Origin: Callorhinchus milii
Taxonomy: Eukaryota
Assembly: GCF_018977255.1 (NCBI RefSeq)
Contig: NW_024704743.1
Location: 52,702,001-52,766,000, forward strand
Length of the DNA stretch: 64,000 nucleotides
Direction: 5' to 3'
The notes under the pieces: generated by a model
Told to the model about the DNA's origin: nothing
The model's database searches: none
Seen by the model: only the letters and a program-made list of their open reading frames with translations
Shown here: positions 25,822 through 38,640 of the stretch, one piece after another
Position numbering within the stretch: position 1 is the first letter of the stretch
Layout of the letters: each line of letters starts with the position of its first letter
Made by a program: the position numbers and the translations under genes

Positions 25822-26215
25822 AATAATATTAATAATAATCCTTGAATTTGGTATCGCGCCTTTCATGTCAGGAGGATGTCTCAAAGTGCTTCACAGAATT
25901 TATTGTGAAGTGAATGGAGTGACTTGTGTATTTGCAGATGAACACAACAGCCCAATGCGTACAGCAATGTCCCACAAACAGTCATGGAGTGAATGACCAA
26001 TTTTATTTGGGGGATTCTTGGCCAGGACACTGGGGGAAGACTCCCTTCTATTTTTAAGTAGTGCCATGGGATCTTTAACATCCCCCTGAACGGGCGGACA
26101 GAACTTCGGTTTAGCACTTTATCTGAAGGATGGCACCTTCAATAATGTAGCACACACTTAGAACTGCATTGGAGTGGCATCTTATATTATGTGAGTTCAA
26201 GTCCCGATGTGGGGG
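25822..26215 (-). mobile_element. Deu-core SINE
   Basis: (AAT)n tail, then GTGCCATGGGATCTTTAACATCC and TCGGTTTA...ATCTGAAGGATGGCACC, the reverse complement of the Deu core. Confidence 0.75.
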
Positions 26216-26589
26216 ACTCAAAAGGTTTTGCGCCCAGTAAGAGGCACATCAGCAGGTGATGGATTCTGAGATATTTTACCAGCTCCTCAAGCGACACGAT
26301 ACTTGTCTACTACCAGATCTAGTGGATGACTCAATGGTAGCAACAGCATCAGGGCAATAAGGGATGGGCACATCTGTAACAAAATTTTCACACCACGTTT
26401 ACAATTGTTACAGAATGAATGGAAAGGGAGATTCTGTGGGTACAGAGACAGTGGAAAAATGGACAAATGAAGATGTTATTAAAGCAATAGTAAACCATCT
26501 GTCTCCATTTCATATGACACTAAAACCTTAATTTATTACTTCTGAACAAAAGCACCAAATCTAAAGCCAAGTAACCACTTTAAATGGCA

Positions 26590-26900
26590 TGCTTCACAAA
26601 AGGGTTTTGCTTCACTTTCAAGAGCATCAGCGGCCATTCAACCCTGAGGGCTTCACTGTCGACCCTGACAGTGAGCTCACCCAACATTCCAAACACACAA
26701 TTTGCCAGGGATCAAGATCAGAATCATAGCAAATCTTTCTCGTCACAAGTCAATGTGTACTGAGGCGAAATTTTGCTCTTCTCTACTGCCACTCTTGCTG
26801 AGATCAACTAATTCAGTGCAGAGCAGAGAAAAACTTGGGACTTTTGGGGTCTGTGTGGCTCAGCTTCACAATAGGCAGTGACCATACCAATAGATTCATC
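26590..26900 (-). mobile_element. Old AmnSINE2-like SINE relic
   Basis: Reverse-complement similarity to 60790-61115 (gctgagatcaactaattcag, ttgggac...tctgtgtggctcag). Family name from recalled consensus. Confidence 0.45.
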
Positions 26901-27185
26901 AAAGGATCTATCATTTGGCTTTCAAGCATACTGAAGGTGACACATGACAGTAAGATAAAAAGACAGTAAAGGTACATTTATTTTCAAAGTGGAAAGTTTC
27001 AATGTTTGATTGTGAGTGAAGTTGGATGTCTAAGTATGAAGCAAAAGCATGTATTATGCTGAAGCTTCTCTGAAATGTGGATGTTTACCAGAGACTTTAC
27101 ATGAAGATTGGTTTTGGTCTGAATGGTTACCTCCTACTGGCTGTCATGTTACTCATCTTTTTCATTCCTTCATTTTGTTTCTTAG

Positions 27186-27321
27186 GTTATTTGATGTTTG
27201 CATCGTGTCTCGAACAGACCGAGAGACAAAACTGACCCTTGTTTTTGAACATGTCGATCAAGATTTGACTACCTATCTGGAAAAAGCCCCAGAGCCAGGA
27301 GTACCTCCAGAAACAATTAAG
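27186..27321 (+). CDS. CDK6: Cyclin-dependent kinase 6, internal coding exon (equivalent to human exon 3; kinase hinge region)
   Basis: Polypyrimidine tract plus ttag acceptor (27182-27185) and AAG|gtacaa donor. 136 nt. Translates (R)[45 protein letters not shown], including the CDK4/6-type hinge FEHVDQDL. Confidence 0.96.
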
Positions 27322-28682
27322 GTACAACCAAAGCAGCTTTTAATGAAGTAATGTTTCATTTATGACACATTCATATTCATTCACAGAATCGTAGAAATGT
27401 CAGCATAGAAGAGGGCCATTTGGCCCATCAAGCTTTTGCTACTGAAATAGTAGTACTGAAATACTCATAGTTTTTTATATATATATATATATATATGACA
27501 GTGAGATAAAAAGATTGGAGTAAAACAAGTTATACATTTTCATCCCAAATCTCTGCTCGTTCCCTGTACCGATTTATACTGTTTAAAAGAGCCTGAGAAT
27601 AGAAACATTTTAGAATAAAGGCAGACGTCTCCTTCCTCCATATTCTGGGAATGATTTTGATAATTGTACTATATTGTATGAACATAGGATTACTTGAAAG
27701 TTCTTCCACATTAATCATATCATTATAAGCTTTAAGTACATGGATATTTAAATATAGATTTTTCATCTGAGGCATTTTCTGTTCAGTCACTTGGCAGATC
27801 GTAAAATTATGATTTTAACTTACTAAAATCGCGTAATCCATTCGTCATGTACTATAACATTGAAAGTATTGATTTGAAAATTAGTACCACCAAGATCTTG
27901 TGTCTCTTGGTAACCACTGCACAAATGTTTTGATAGAACTGAATTTAACTGGGGTTAAATTACTTGATTTAATACTGTCAACAGTGTAAGATTACAATAT
28001 GTCTTTACCATTGCAGTAAAACCTATAGAAAAATTCCCTTTTTAAAATGTTCAGCAAAATAAATTGTACAAAATAGTGATAATGACATGTTGTACTCTTT
28101 TTGCGTAGTCAGGAAATAGGAGCTTATTTGTTCACTTACCCTCATGCATATCATTGATCTTCTAACTTACAAGGGCCTCTTCAAACTGAGATGTGAGTAC
28201 TGTAGTAACATATTGTAATGGTGTCAACTGAAAATAAACAGTACCACTTTCACCATTTTCTATATTTCACCAAAATAAAAAGATTTGATGATTCACAATT
28301 CCATAAAATTGGTTTGAAAAAAAAGACCATGGTTGGGTTTCCATCACTTCCTCTTCTACAATCTGATGGCAATGGAGCCACTCCAGGTGCAAGCCTTTTC
28401 TATATTAATGTACTAATACAAGTGAGGCACATTAAGCAATGTGCTTGCTCTCACTGGCACAGTTGAAATGATCCTGGGTCACCAGCACTGTACACCAAGG
28501 TGTACGATGTGTGACGCCTTCTTCATTCACTAACATAAGTTAAGTTTTCCATTAATTGATATGTCATTGAGGATCTTCTGGGTGTAGAATTGGCTCATTA
28601 GTTCAAGATTTTTTTCTTCTGTGTGATAAGACTCTCCACATACTATTGATTCAATCTTCCTAGAAAACAAAGTATATGATGA

Positions 28683-29010
28683 GGAGTCCTGTAGCTGTGG
28701 AGTCCTGTAGCTCAGTGGTTAGAGCACTCGCTTTGCAAGTGGGTGACCTGAGTTCAATTCCAGGCAGGGCGAAACCTTGGGCAAGTTTTCTTACTCCACA
28801 CGCTAATAATAATCCCTCCAAAAGCCAAAAACAATAATAAATTGTTCATTTTCAATCTACGACTGGGACATTGCTGTGCGCAATTGGCTGCCGCGTTCGC
28901 CCACAAATATACAGTCAATTCACTTTACAGTGTGTTCGGTGAAGCGCTTTGAGACGTCCTCCCGACGTGAAAAGCGCTATATCAAATGCAAGGATTATTA
29001 TTATTATTAT
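28683..29010 (+). mobile_element. Young tRNA(Ala)-like SINE, short subtype, with duplicated 5' 14 nt
   Basis: Near-identical to 22460-22780; GGAGTCCTGTAGCT at 28683 and again at 28699. Confidence 0.95.
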
Positions 29011-29857
29011 CATACAGTTCTGAATCCAGACTTTGTCTTTGTAAGAAAGTTCAATGCAACATTCAGGGTTAACTTGTGATGATTGCTAAAAATAAAAAAA
29101 TTACAGCACTTTTGAACAATTATTATGGTTATGTCCAGCAGTATTATTTGTAACCTGGTTTCACAATAATAAATCTAAATGCAAGTTATTATTGTTTGTT
29201 GTTCACTGGAACTTTACTGAGCGGTGGATTTTAAGAGTTATTCTGATGTCTAACAACCCAGTTGTAATACACTTTTGGAAGTGCAACATCTCCAAAATGT
29301 ATTCAAAATCCAATTCTGAGAGTCAGATAATGAGTCAAATCATAGACACCAGAATAATTCCTAAAATCTGTAAATGAAACCAGCATACTAGTTTGATTTT
29401 GCTGTAGTTTTGTCAGACTTTGTCTCAAGTTTAACCACAAGCTAGTTTGGATTTTAGATTGCACATCTTGGATTGCACCTTTTTTTCTTTCATTGGAAAA
29501 CCTAAATGAAGGGCCAAGGTCCACACCGAGGTTGAAAAGTGTGGAAAGTAAATAAACAAGTTATCGCAGAAAGAAGTTGTGAGGAGATTCCAAGCTTGTT
29601 TTTTAAAAACTGATAACCTCTTCATATCATGTACACTGATTCATCATGTATCTAGTACCAAATCACCAAATAAAACAAAATATATTGGATGTGAGATGTC
29701 AATTAGTATTGGAGCTCACTGCTATGAATGCCACAAGAAGATGATTTCACCAGAACATTGATTTGTACTGGTGCAGTGTAAATCCAAATGATGCAAATTG
29801 ATTTGGCTCCTACTCTCGTCTCTAGTCTCGCCTCATAAATAAAGTCTCAGAACAATG

Positions 29858-30150
29858 TAATGCAAATTTACATTGATATAGCGCTTTTCACGTCGGGAGG
29901 ATGTTCAAGGACTCTGGACAGTCTATGCAGTCTAAGGCTTGTACCCTTAGCTGGAGGGTAGGGGCTGTGGAGGGAGGGGCGGAGATGGTTGAAAGTATGG
30001 TCAAAGCGGAAGGTCTTGAGGTGGTCCTTGAAGGAGGCGAGAAAAGGGTTGAGTCGAAGGGACTCCGTGATGGAGTTCCAAAGGATGGGGGCAGAAAGCC
30101 TGAAAGCTCGACCACTGATGGTAGGGCAGGTAGGGTAGGGGACGTGCATG
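29858..30150 (-). mobile_element. L2 LINE 3' fragment
   Basis: - strand encodes GRAFRLSAPILWNSITESLRLNPFLASFKDHLKTFRF (L2 ORF2 C-terminus). Tail GACGTGAAAAGCGCTATATCAA is shared with the SINEs. Confidence 0.85.
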
Positions 30151-30308
30151 ATTAAAGCATGTGGCTTTCAAATGGGGTTACAATCCTCTCTGCACTTCCG
30201 TTTTCAGTGGTTTTGCCGTTAAATATATTTAATAATAATAACCAATACACCATTTGTTATAGCACCTGTAATATGTCAAAGTGCTTTGCAGACCTTACCC
30301 TGTCCTCC

Positions 30309-30420
30309 AGCCCTTTCTCTCTCCCTCACTCGTGACAACCCTTTCTCTCCCTCACCAGTGATAACCCTTTCCCTCCTTCACCAATGACAGCCCGTTCTCT
30401 CTCCCTCATCAGTGCCAACC
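30309..30420 (+). repeat. Minisatellite, about 4 units of 25-29 nt (CCCTTTCTCTCcCTCACCAGTGAcAA)
   Basis: Directly visible. Confidence 0.8.
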
Positions 30421-32786
30421 GTTTGAATACACTGGGAAGATACCTCTTTCCTGAACATCCTTGTGGATATTGACCCTACAAAACGAATTATGGATATGTG
30501 GACTGACCCCCTGTCCAAAGCCCTAGCATAAACAAGAGAGACAAAAAAAACACAATTGAAAGCAATGATGCTAATGCAACCTCTTCAATGCACAACACTA
30601 CAAATAGTTTCAGCTTGAGAGAGATGAAGGTAATACTTCTCTCTGATTGAGGGCCACCCATAATCACTCTTTCCATGTCAAGAAAGATGGCATCTTTGCC
30701 TGTGTCAAGAAATTGGAAAACAACGGTGCATCTCAAAGAACAGGAGGATAATCAAATGTCCCATTCCAGAGTTTAATGAGACCAGCACAGGAAAATACAA
30801 GTCACGGTGCAGTGGGTTGAGTAGTGCTTGAATACTTGGACTTGATCTCCTGCCATACGATGACCCAATGTGCTTTGACAAGTTTACAAAATATCCAAGT
30901 GAAAGATGGTTTTCCCTCCCGTCAGCATTGATCAGCACTGAATTCTCAAACCACCAAGGATGCAGCACGGCTAGTGAGTGGGAGGTACAATGGAGAATTT
31001 CCATTTGTCATTTCAAGCCTTTTATTCCAGTCACACATTTTGGCAATCATCAAGAGACTTTCCTAGAACAACCACATCATACCAATAGTAGAAGGAAAGG
31101 CGGACATATAGATAATAAGTCGAAGTGAACAGAAGATCCAAATTTAAAAAACAGCGCAGAAGAATTGATGAACTAAAGTGCCTTTTAGAAAACAAAAATA
31201 AAGTACAATACTCCAAAAGCTAGAGGACTCATGCTGCCAAAGAACGGTCTAAAAGTCAGCGATCAAGAAATTCTTCAAGATTGTATCTGAAATGGAAACT
31301 CCTGCCACAGATTTCCCAGATGTCTGGTAAGTTTATATCACATACTATCTTTCCACCAGTACAATTGTTAGTCAAGATCTGTGCATAAATCTAATAAAAG
31401 CAGAGTGCCAAAACTTTAAACCCAATAATTTATATATATCATGCAGAGTTACATTAGTCTATGGTGGTACTGAAAATTTTGTTGTAAACAAAAACTCTCT
31501 GTCTCTAGTTTCACAAGTATATATGAATAAATAAGCCTGAGTATTGTCTCTTATGTATCTCCTCAGATGATCCATCGTCTTCCAGTTGCAACCATTTCAT
31601 GAATCGTAATCGCTTTGAAGAGAGCTGTGGCACAACAGGGGACCAACAACCCAGTGAGCGGACTCATAGCAAAAATATCTACCTAGACAGGGGAGGTCAC
31701 AAACTGTGTCTAAGTGTTGAGAAGACCCATCATTGGTTGCTCCACAGATCCTGACCAAAGGTATCAGAGATATTGAAGAGTACTGACAGACAAGGAGACA
31801 CATCAACTACTGGAGGCGGATTCCATGTTTCTTACAACACCCTAACATTTCAGATCATTTGCAGTGGATGGGGCATGCCCACAACATCAGCTATATATGT
31901 TCATGCCTGTGTGCATTCTGGCATGGTTCACCTACATACTGCACTACTGTATAGCTAGGCTGTGTAGAGTAATACATAGCTGAGCACAGTTTGTGGAGTA
32001 GATGTGCTGTTTGGTCAAAATGTTCACCGTCACTAAAGCATATGCAGAGATCTGCACCAGTTACTCCAGGACATAGCCACTCTGTATATAAATGTGATAC
32101 TTAAGACTGATAGCTCTTCACCTTGCTGTCTGCAAAGTTCAATCTGATTTTGGCACTATTTCACTTGTGGAACCTCATAACGTTATATCATTCATATGTA
32201 GGATGCCCAGCCTGGTACCAGTTCAGACAGTAGAATTATGTCCTCAATGTACACGTTCACATGTTCAGGAAGTGTATTATTAAATAAGGCACCACTCCAA
32301 TGAAATATACAGTGAGAAAATTATTCACCAATTTTCCATATTAATGCGTGATTTAAGTGTAGACAGATCACAAAATTGGTTCAGACCATTTAATCTAATC
32401 CTTCCAGAATACTCAAGCTACTTTCTTCCCAATTAAGTAAGTAGAGACCTGTTTAGGCAAGTAAGAGTGTAAAGTTAAATCTTAATGTGATAATGATAGA
32501 GATTAAATTTCCTAGCTGTAAAGTGGTCAGACCAGGGATAAGCAGAAGGGAGGGGTGGATATACAAAAAATAACTCAGAGGAAATCAATCACTGTGTCTT
32601 GACACAACATGTGAAAAAGACCTGGATTATTTATAGCATTTAGTTTAGGGTTTATCCGTCCATGAGACTTTCTCAACCAATAACTGCATGAATATTTCTT
32701 CTCCAGTGATCGTTGCCTAGTTAGGCTTGATTTTTTTTTTGCATTTTATTGATAATAAGTACCTCGTAGTTAGGTTTGAATTACAA

Positions 32787-33083
32787 AAATAAAATTGGTC
32801 ATTCGCTTTGTGGCTGTTTGTAAGACATTGCAGTACATAAATTGACCGCTGCATTCGCCACAAAACACAGTCACTCCACTTTACAGTATATCCTGTCAAG
32901 TGCTTTGAGAGATCTTCCTAATGTGAAAGATGCTATACCAAATGTAAGGGTTATTGTTAAGAATAAACAAATAATAATAATCTTTACGTTTGTTATAACG
33001 CCTTTCACAATGGGTTGATTTCTCAAAGCGCTTGACAGGATATACTGAAAAGTGGTGTGACTGTGTATATTGTGGGTGAAATG
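32787..33083. mobile_element. Two SINE 3' parts in tail-to-tail inverted arrangement
   Basis: + strand copy ends about 32958; - strand copy spans 32971-33083. Confidence 0.85.
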
Positions 33084-33619
33084 TAAAGATGGAAAACTCC
33101 CCAGCAATGCAACCTTAGGAATCGAAAGCCAATGTTTAAATAGTTTGTTTCATTGAATAAAATTTATTGTCGGTCAGGTATATGGAAAGTAATAGTAACT
33201 AAACTTTTTTAAAAAAAAATTGAATAGTAACTTGCTGGTGCAAGCAAATATGTATTTATATGCTTAAAGCTTTTTATGTTTAATGTATTTTAAAAATGCT
33301 TGATCTTATGGCAATTCTTATGGTTAAAGATTGAAGATATGACAGAAGTATTGGAGAAATCACATTACGGGTATTGCCTCCAGGATCGACATTGGAAACT
33401 GAAGCTATAGTCAGTTTCACAGACAATTGTTTTTGTACAGAAGCAAACACAGTAGACTCATAGCAGTTGCAGTCACTGTCACAGATTCCAAGATTACATG
33501 GAGACAGACAGATGGGACTGCATTAACTAACACATCAAGAATGCTAGCATTTTATCTTCAATAATCATCACAATTCTATCTGGGTCTAGCTTTACTCTGT
33601 TTGTGTACATTTCTGTGTC

Positions 33620-33746
33620 CAGAATTTGGCAGTTTCTTAAACATAGCTTTAATTTTGAAGCCGTATTTTTCTGTATAGTTCCTTTTAAGAAGTACAAAAA
33701 TCTGACTTCAAAGCTAAGCCTGAATTCAACAATTTGCCAAATTCTG
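33620..33746. mobile_element. Palindromic MITE-like element, related to 3244-3506
   Basis: Perfect 12-nt inverted ends CAGAATTTGGCA / TGCCAAATTCTG; inner AGCTTTAATTTTGAAG / CTTCAAAGCTAAGCCT. Confidence 0.6.
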
Positions 33747-34229
33747 AATGCTCTAAAATATAATATAACTAGAATAAATATTTGTGGGACATTGCTGGGC
33801 GCCTACAAAATATACTTTAAGGTAAATCTTGTGAAGCGCTTTGAGACATTTCAACAACGTGACAAGCTATATCTTCAGTTTGAAGCCAGTCTTCAAATCG
33901 CACCCACATGGTCCTTAAATTGTGCTGATATTAATTCTTACTTGATACCCCACTATATAAATGCAATTTGTTGTTGTTCTTATTTATCAAATGCAAGGAT
34001 TTTTATTATTATTATACATAGAGAAAATCTAGACATAGGCGGAATTTCTCCCGAATAGAGTGGGGCAAGGCAGAGGAATTTGGGGTCATTCCAGAATAGA
34101 GGAGAACAGTGGCTGAAGTCTCCACCATTATGAATGTGAATATTGCAGAAATGAGAGACTTTGTGGAGGACCTAGAAACAAAGGCTGCTTTAGAATTCTC
34201 TAAGGGAACAGGCAAATTATTGTTTAAAT

Positions 34230-36270
34230 CAGTTTTTCATTCCCTTGAAAAAATAAAAAATAACATGGGAAAAGTGGTTCAACCTTGGCTAACTAGGGAA
34301 GTTAGGGAAAGTATAAAATTAAAAGAAGAGACCTATAATACTGCCAAAAAGTGCAGTAAACCTAGGATTGGGAGGGCTTTAGAGAAAAGCAAAGGAAAAC
34401 CAAGAAACTGATTAAGAGGGAGAAAATGGAATATGAGGGTAAACGAGCTAGGAACATAAAGACAGATGGTAAGAGTTTACAATAAAGAGGAAGAGACTAT
34501 CAAAAGTGAATGTGGGTCCATTGCAAGCAGAGACAGGAGAAATTATAATGGGGATTAAAGAAATGGCAGACTCATTAACCAAATATTTTGCTTCTGTCTT
34601 ATGTTAGAGGACACTGAAAACTTACCGAAAATAGAGGGGAACCTGGAGGCTAATGTTAATGAAAAACTTAAAGAAATGAACATCAGTAAAGCAATAGGAC
34701 TAGAGAAATTGATAGGATTAAAAACCGATATATCCCCTGGACCTAATGGCCTGCATCCTAGGGTTTTAAAAGAGGTGCTACAGTGAGAGTGGATGCTATG
34801 TTTTTGATCTTCCAAAATTTCCTGGATTCTGGAATGGTTCCCATTGATTGGAAGATCGCAAACGTAACGCCAATATTTAAGAAGGATGGGAGACAAAAAA
34901 TGGGGAACTATAGACCAGTTAGTCTGACATCTGTGGTCGGGAAAATTCTAGAATCCTTAATTAGAGACGTCGTCGTGGGATACTTAGAAAATCATGACAT
35001 GATCAGGCAGAGTCAACATGGCTTTACGAAAGGGAAATCATGTTTAACAAATCTTATAGAGTTTTTTGAGGATGTAACTAGCGGGTTAGATAGAGGGAAT
35101 CAGTAGATGTGGTGTATTTGGACTTCCAGAAGGCTTTCGACAAGGTGCCACATAAAAGGCTGTTGCATAAGATTAGAGCCTATGGAATTAAAGGTAATAT
35201 ATTAGCATGGATTGGAGAATGGCTAACAGGAAGAAAACAGAGAGTAGGGATAAACAGGTCCTTCTCAGATTAGCAAGATGTGACCATTGGAGTGCCACAA
35301 GGATCAGTGCTTGGGCCTCAATTATTTACAGTCTATATCAATGATTTAGATGAGGAAATAGAACTTAACATATCTAACTTTGCGGACGATACAAAGATAG
35401 GTAGGAGAGTAAGCTTATGAGGATGACACACAAAGAATGCAAAGGGAAATAGGCAGGCTAGGTGAGTAGGCAAGAAGGTGGCAGATAGAGTACAATGTGG
35501 GAAAATGTGAAGTTATTCACCTTCGTAGTAAAAATAGAAAAGCGGATTAGTTTCTAGAGGGACTAGATAGTGTTAGTGTTCCGAAGGATTTGGGTGTCCT
35601 TGTTCACCAGTCACAAAAAGTTAATATCCAGGTACGAGGAAGGCTAATGCCATGTTGGCGTTCGTTGCAAATGGGTTAGAGTACAAGAGTAGGGAAGTCT
35701 TGCTGCAGTTGTATAAGGCCTTGGTGAGACTGCACCTAGAATATTGTGGGAAGTTTTGGTCTCCTTATTTAAGAAAGGACATACTCGCCTTAGAGGGGGT
35801 GCAGTGTAGATTTACTAGGTTGGTTCCTGGCATGAGGGGGTTGACCTATGAGGAGAGGTTGAGTAAACTAGGCCCATAATCTCCAGAATATAGAAGAATT
35901 AGAGGTGATCTTATGGAAACCTATAAGATTCTTAAGGGTCTTGACGGGGTAGATGTCGTGAGACTGTTTCCCCTGGTTGGAGAATCTAAAACTAGGGATC
36001 ATAGTCTCAAGATTAAGGGTCAGCCTTTTCGAACTGAGTTGAAAAATTTGTGGAATTCTCTACCCCAGAAGGCTGTGGATGCTCAGTCCTTGAACATATT
36101 CAAGACTGAGGTTGATAGATTTCTAAAGGATAGAGGGACTAAGGGATATGGGGATAGAGCAGGTAAATGGAATTAGATTAGAAGATCAACCATGATCTTA
36201 TTAAATGGCGGGGCAAGCTCGAGGTGCCGAATGGCCTATTCCTGCTCCTATGTCTTATGGTCTTATGGTC
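34230..36270 (+). mobile_element. CR1 LINE, 5'-truncated, ORF2 (reverse transcriptase) disrupted by stops and frameshifts
   Basis: Motifs PGPNGLHPRVLKE, DWKIANVTPIFKK, NYRPVSLTSVVGK, QHGF, YLDFQKAFDKVPH, GVPQGSVLGP, FADDTK. 3' tail ...CCTGCTCCTATGTCTTATGGTCTTATGGTC. Confidence 0.95.
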
Positions 36271-38332
36271 ATTGCTCCGATATCTTCTGATTATTTGAAC
36301 CATCATCTTTCAGTATAACTCCTCAATAATTAACAAAATTTATCATGGTGCTTAAATTGTGCTGAAAGGAATCCTTATGTTGATATTGTAATAGGATGTA
36401 AGGCCCAGAAAAACCCACAGCTCTATCATTCTGTCTGCTGTACATTGCACACACAGTCAGCAAGTTACATTAAAGATACCATGAAATAAGAAATTTAACT
36501 TTTTGAGCCTCCATCTGAATTTTTAAAAAGATTTTAACATCTGTTGATTATATAAATTCATGTAATAGTCATAAAATTGCGGTTAAAATTACTGTAACTT
36601 AAATATTGTGAAATGCAATTAACATAGAAATTGAAAGAAGTGCAGAATTACATTTAGCTTACTGTAGTTGAAGGAACTAGTTGATTATGAAAAGTTTACC
36701 ATTGTTTGTGGTACTCCACATACACATAAAAAAATCAAAATTACCTTGTAATTAACTGTCAGCCCTCGTGCCACAGCTGCTTGCAAGTAGACCCTCTAGA
36801 AAGATTTAAGTGTGTAATAACATATGAAAGTTTGACTTTACACTTGCTTCACGTTATGAAGAATCCAGTTTGTGGTTTCCAATTATTGTTTTCTACACTG
36901 GCTGGATAGTCCATTTTAGGAATATGTGAGACCTCTCTGATAGTACCAGAGACCTACTATAATATTGTATTCAAGGAGAAAATTAACCTGAGCCCGCTGA
37001 CTGGAGGCTAATGGGTGACGACGTCTCTGAAGTCAGCCACAGACCCTTGTCTTGCTTGGGGGGGGGGGGGGGGTTGTGTGAGAACCTGCTGCTTTCTGAA
37101 CAGACAGATTTCCTTGCTATTGGTCATAATAATGGTTCAATAAAGCATAGGGAGCGACTACCAAATTATACAAAACGAATACACATCTGCTCTGGATTGT
37201 GCCTGACCAAAAGAAATAATGTTACTTCTTTTGCTAATTACGGTAGAGAAATACAGGTGACATTTTCAACACAGCAATTTTAATTGCTTAGCACTATTGC
37301 CTGCTTTGCTAAGCGTTTAAATGTAAGCGGGGTGGTTGCATGTTGTAACCGCCTTTGCTTTTACTGAATAGTGAGCAATAACTGGATTATTGTTCGGGCC
37401 ATCATTTGAACCTCCCAGACAACTTGCAACTATCTTAATGAACAAAATAATGGGCCAATCTTCAGAGTGGAGTCTGGGCGGCACATCTGAACAGGCCAGC
37501 TCCAACCATTGTCAAAGCCATTTAAGAAGAATTGGCAGAACAGCGTCCCCATTAATTTCTGCACGTCGCATGCTGTCATGCAAGTTACACCAGAGGAAAT
37601 GACCGTTAAAATGTATGGCTACAGCACTTAGACCTCCCCCCCCCCCCCGAAGTTCTCCCTTAGGTTAAACAAGTGGATACAATTAGCCGCTATCCACAAA
37701 CAGCTGCAGGATAAAAGGGCCTGTTGCTGGGGCCTCTCAGTACAAGGCTAAAGAGCTGAAGTATAACTGCATCTGGCTAGCGAGCAACAGTTTAGGATAT
37801 GAACTTTTCCATTGTTCCAATGTTGAGGCCAAGGGAAAATGTTTTTGTTTCTCAGGCTCTGCCCGCCCAAATATTCCACAAGTGTTCTTTTCTACAGTCC
37901 TACTATCTCTGAGCTTCACATGCTGATGAAGTAGACCAGATAAGATAATGCAGTTTCTCCGTGTTTTTCCTCAGCCAAACCAAAAAAAATCCATTATTTG
38001 GTGATGTGCTGATGAAAAGTGTAGTTTCCCCCCCCCACCCACCCACCACGCGCCCCCCATCCTCAAAAGCTGTAGAATTAGCTGAGCACCTTCTGCGAAT
38101 TAAAGAGGACCAAACCTGAAATAAAGACCCAGCAGGTCAATCGGCATCAGAAAGAGAACATGAGGGTAATGTTTCGGCTTGGGCTCTGCACCAGAACTGA
38201 TCAGAGCAGTCTTGAGATGACTCCAAACTTTAACCGGTTTTCCTCTTTCGACTGCTGATCAGTTCACATCAATTTCTGTATTCACAGCAGGCTGTTTTTT
38301 TTCCTCTACCGATATTATGAAGTGAAATAGAT

Positions 38333-38640
38333 GTCAGTCTGGCTCAGATAGTAGCACTACTGCCTCTGATCAGAAGGTTGTAGGTTCAGTCCCCACGTCG
38401 GGGCTTTAAATTCATTCAGGTTGACTCAGCAATCCAACTGTGTGACACACTTTGAGATCTACTCCGATATGAAAGACTCTATATAAATGTAACTCGTCAT
38501 TGGGGAAATTGAATTGTTTGGATTGGAGCTAGCATCCTTCGGATGAGGCTTTAAACTGGGGTCTTGTTTGCCTGTTCAGATTAATGATAAGGATCCCATG
38601 GCACTATTCAAAAAGTGCAGAGATTCACCTGCCCAAGACA
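38333..38640 (+). mobile_element. Deu-core SINE, partial, with an internal L2-type tail
   Basis: GTCAGTCTGGCTCAG head and CCTTCGGATGAGG...GATCCCATGGCACTATT core. Confidence 0.65.

Noticed and set aside
27049..27185. In-frame upstream extension MYYAEASL... as an alternative CDK6 N-terminus
   Set aside because: It reads through a clear polypyrimidine tract and acceptor and has no kinase N-lobe motifs; intronic.
30480..32270. Possible very old LINE remnant
   Set aside because: Only vague motif echoes; I could not recover a diagnostic stretch by eye. BLASTX would be needed.
34230..36270. Active retrotransposon or functional RT gene
   Set aside because: 5'-truncated with multiple stops and frameshifts.
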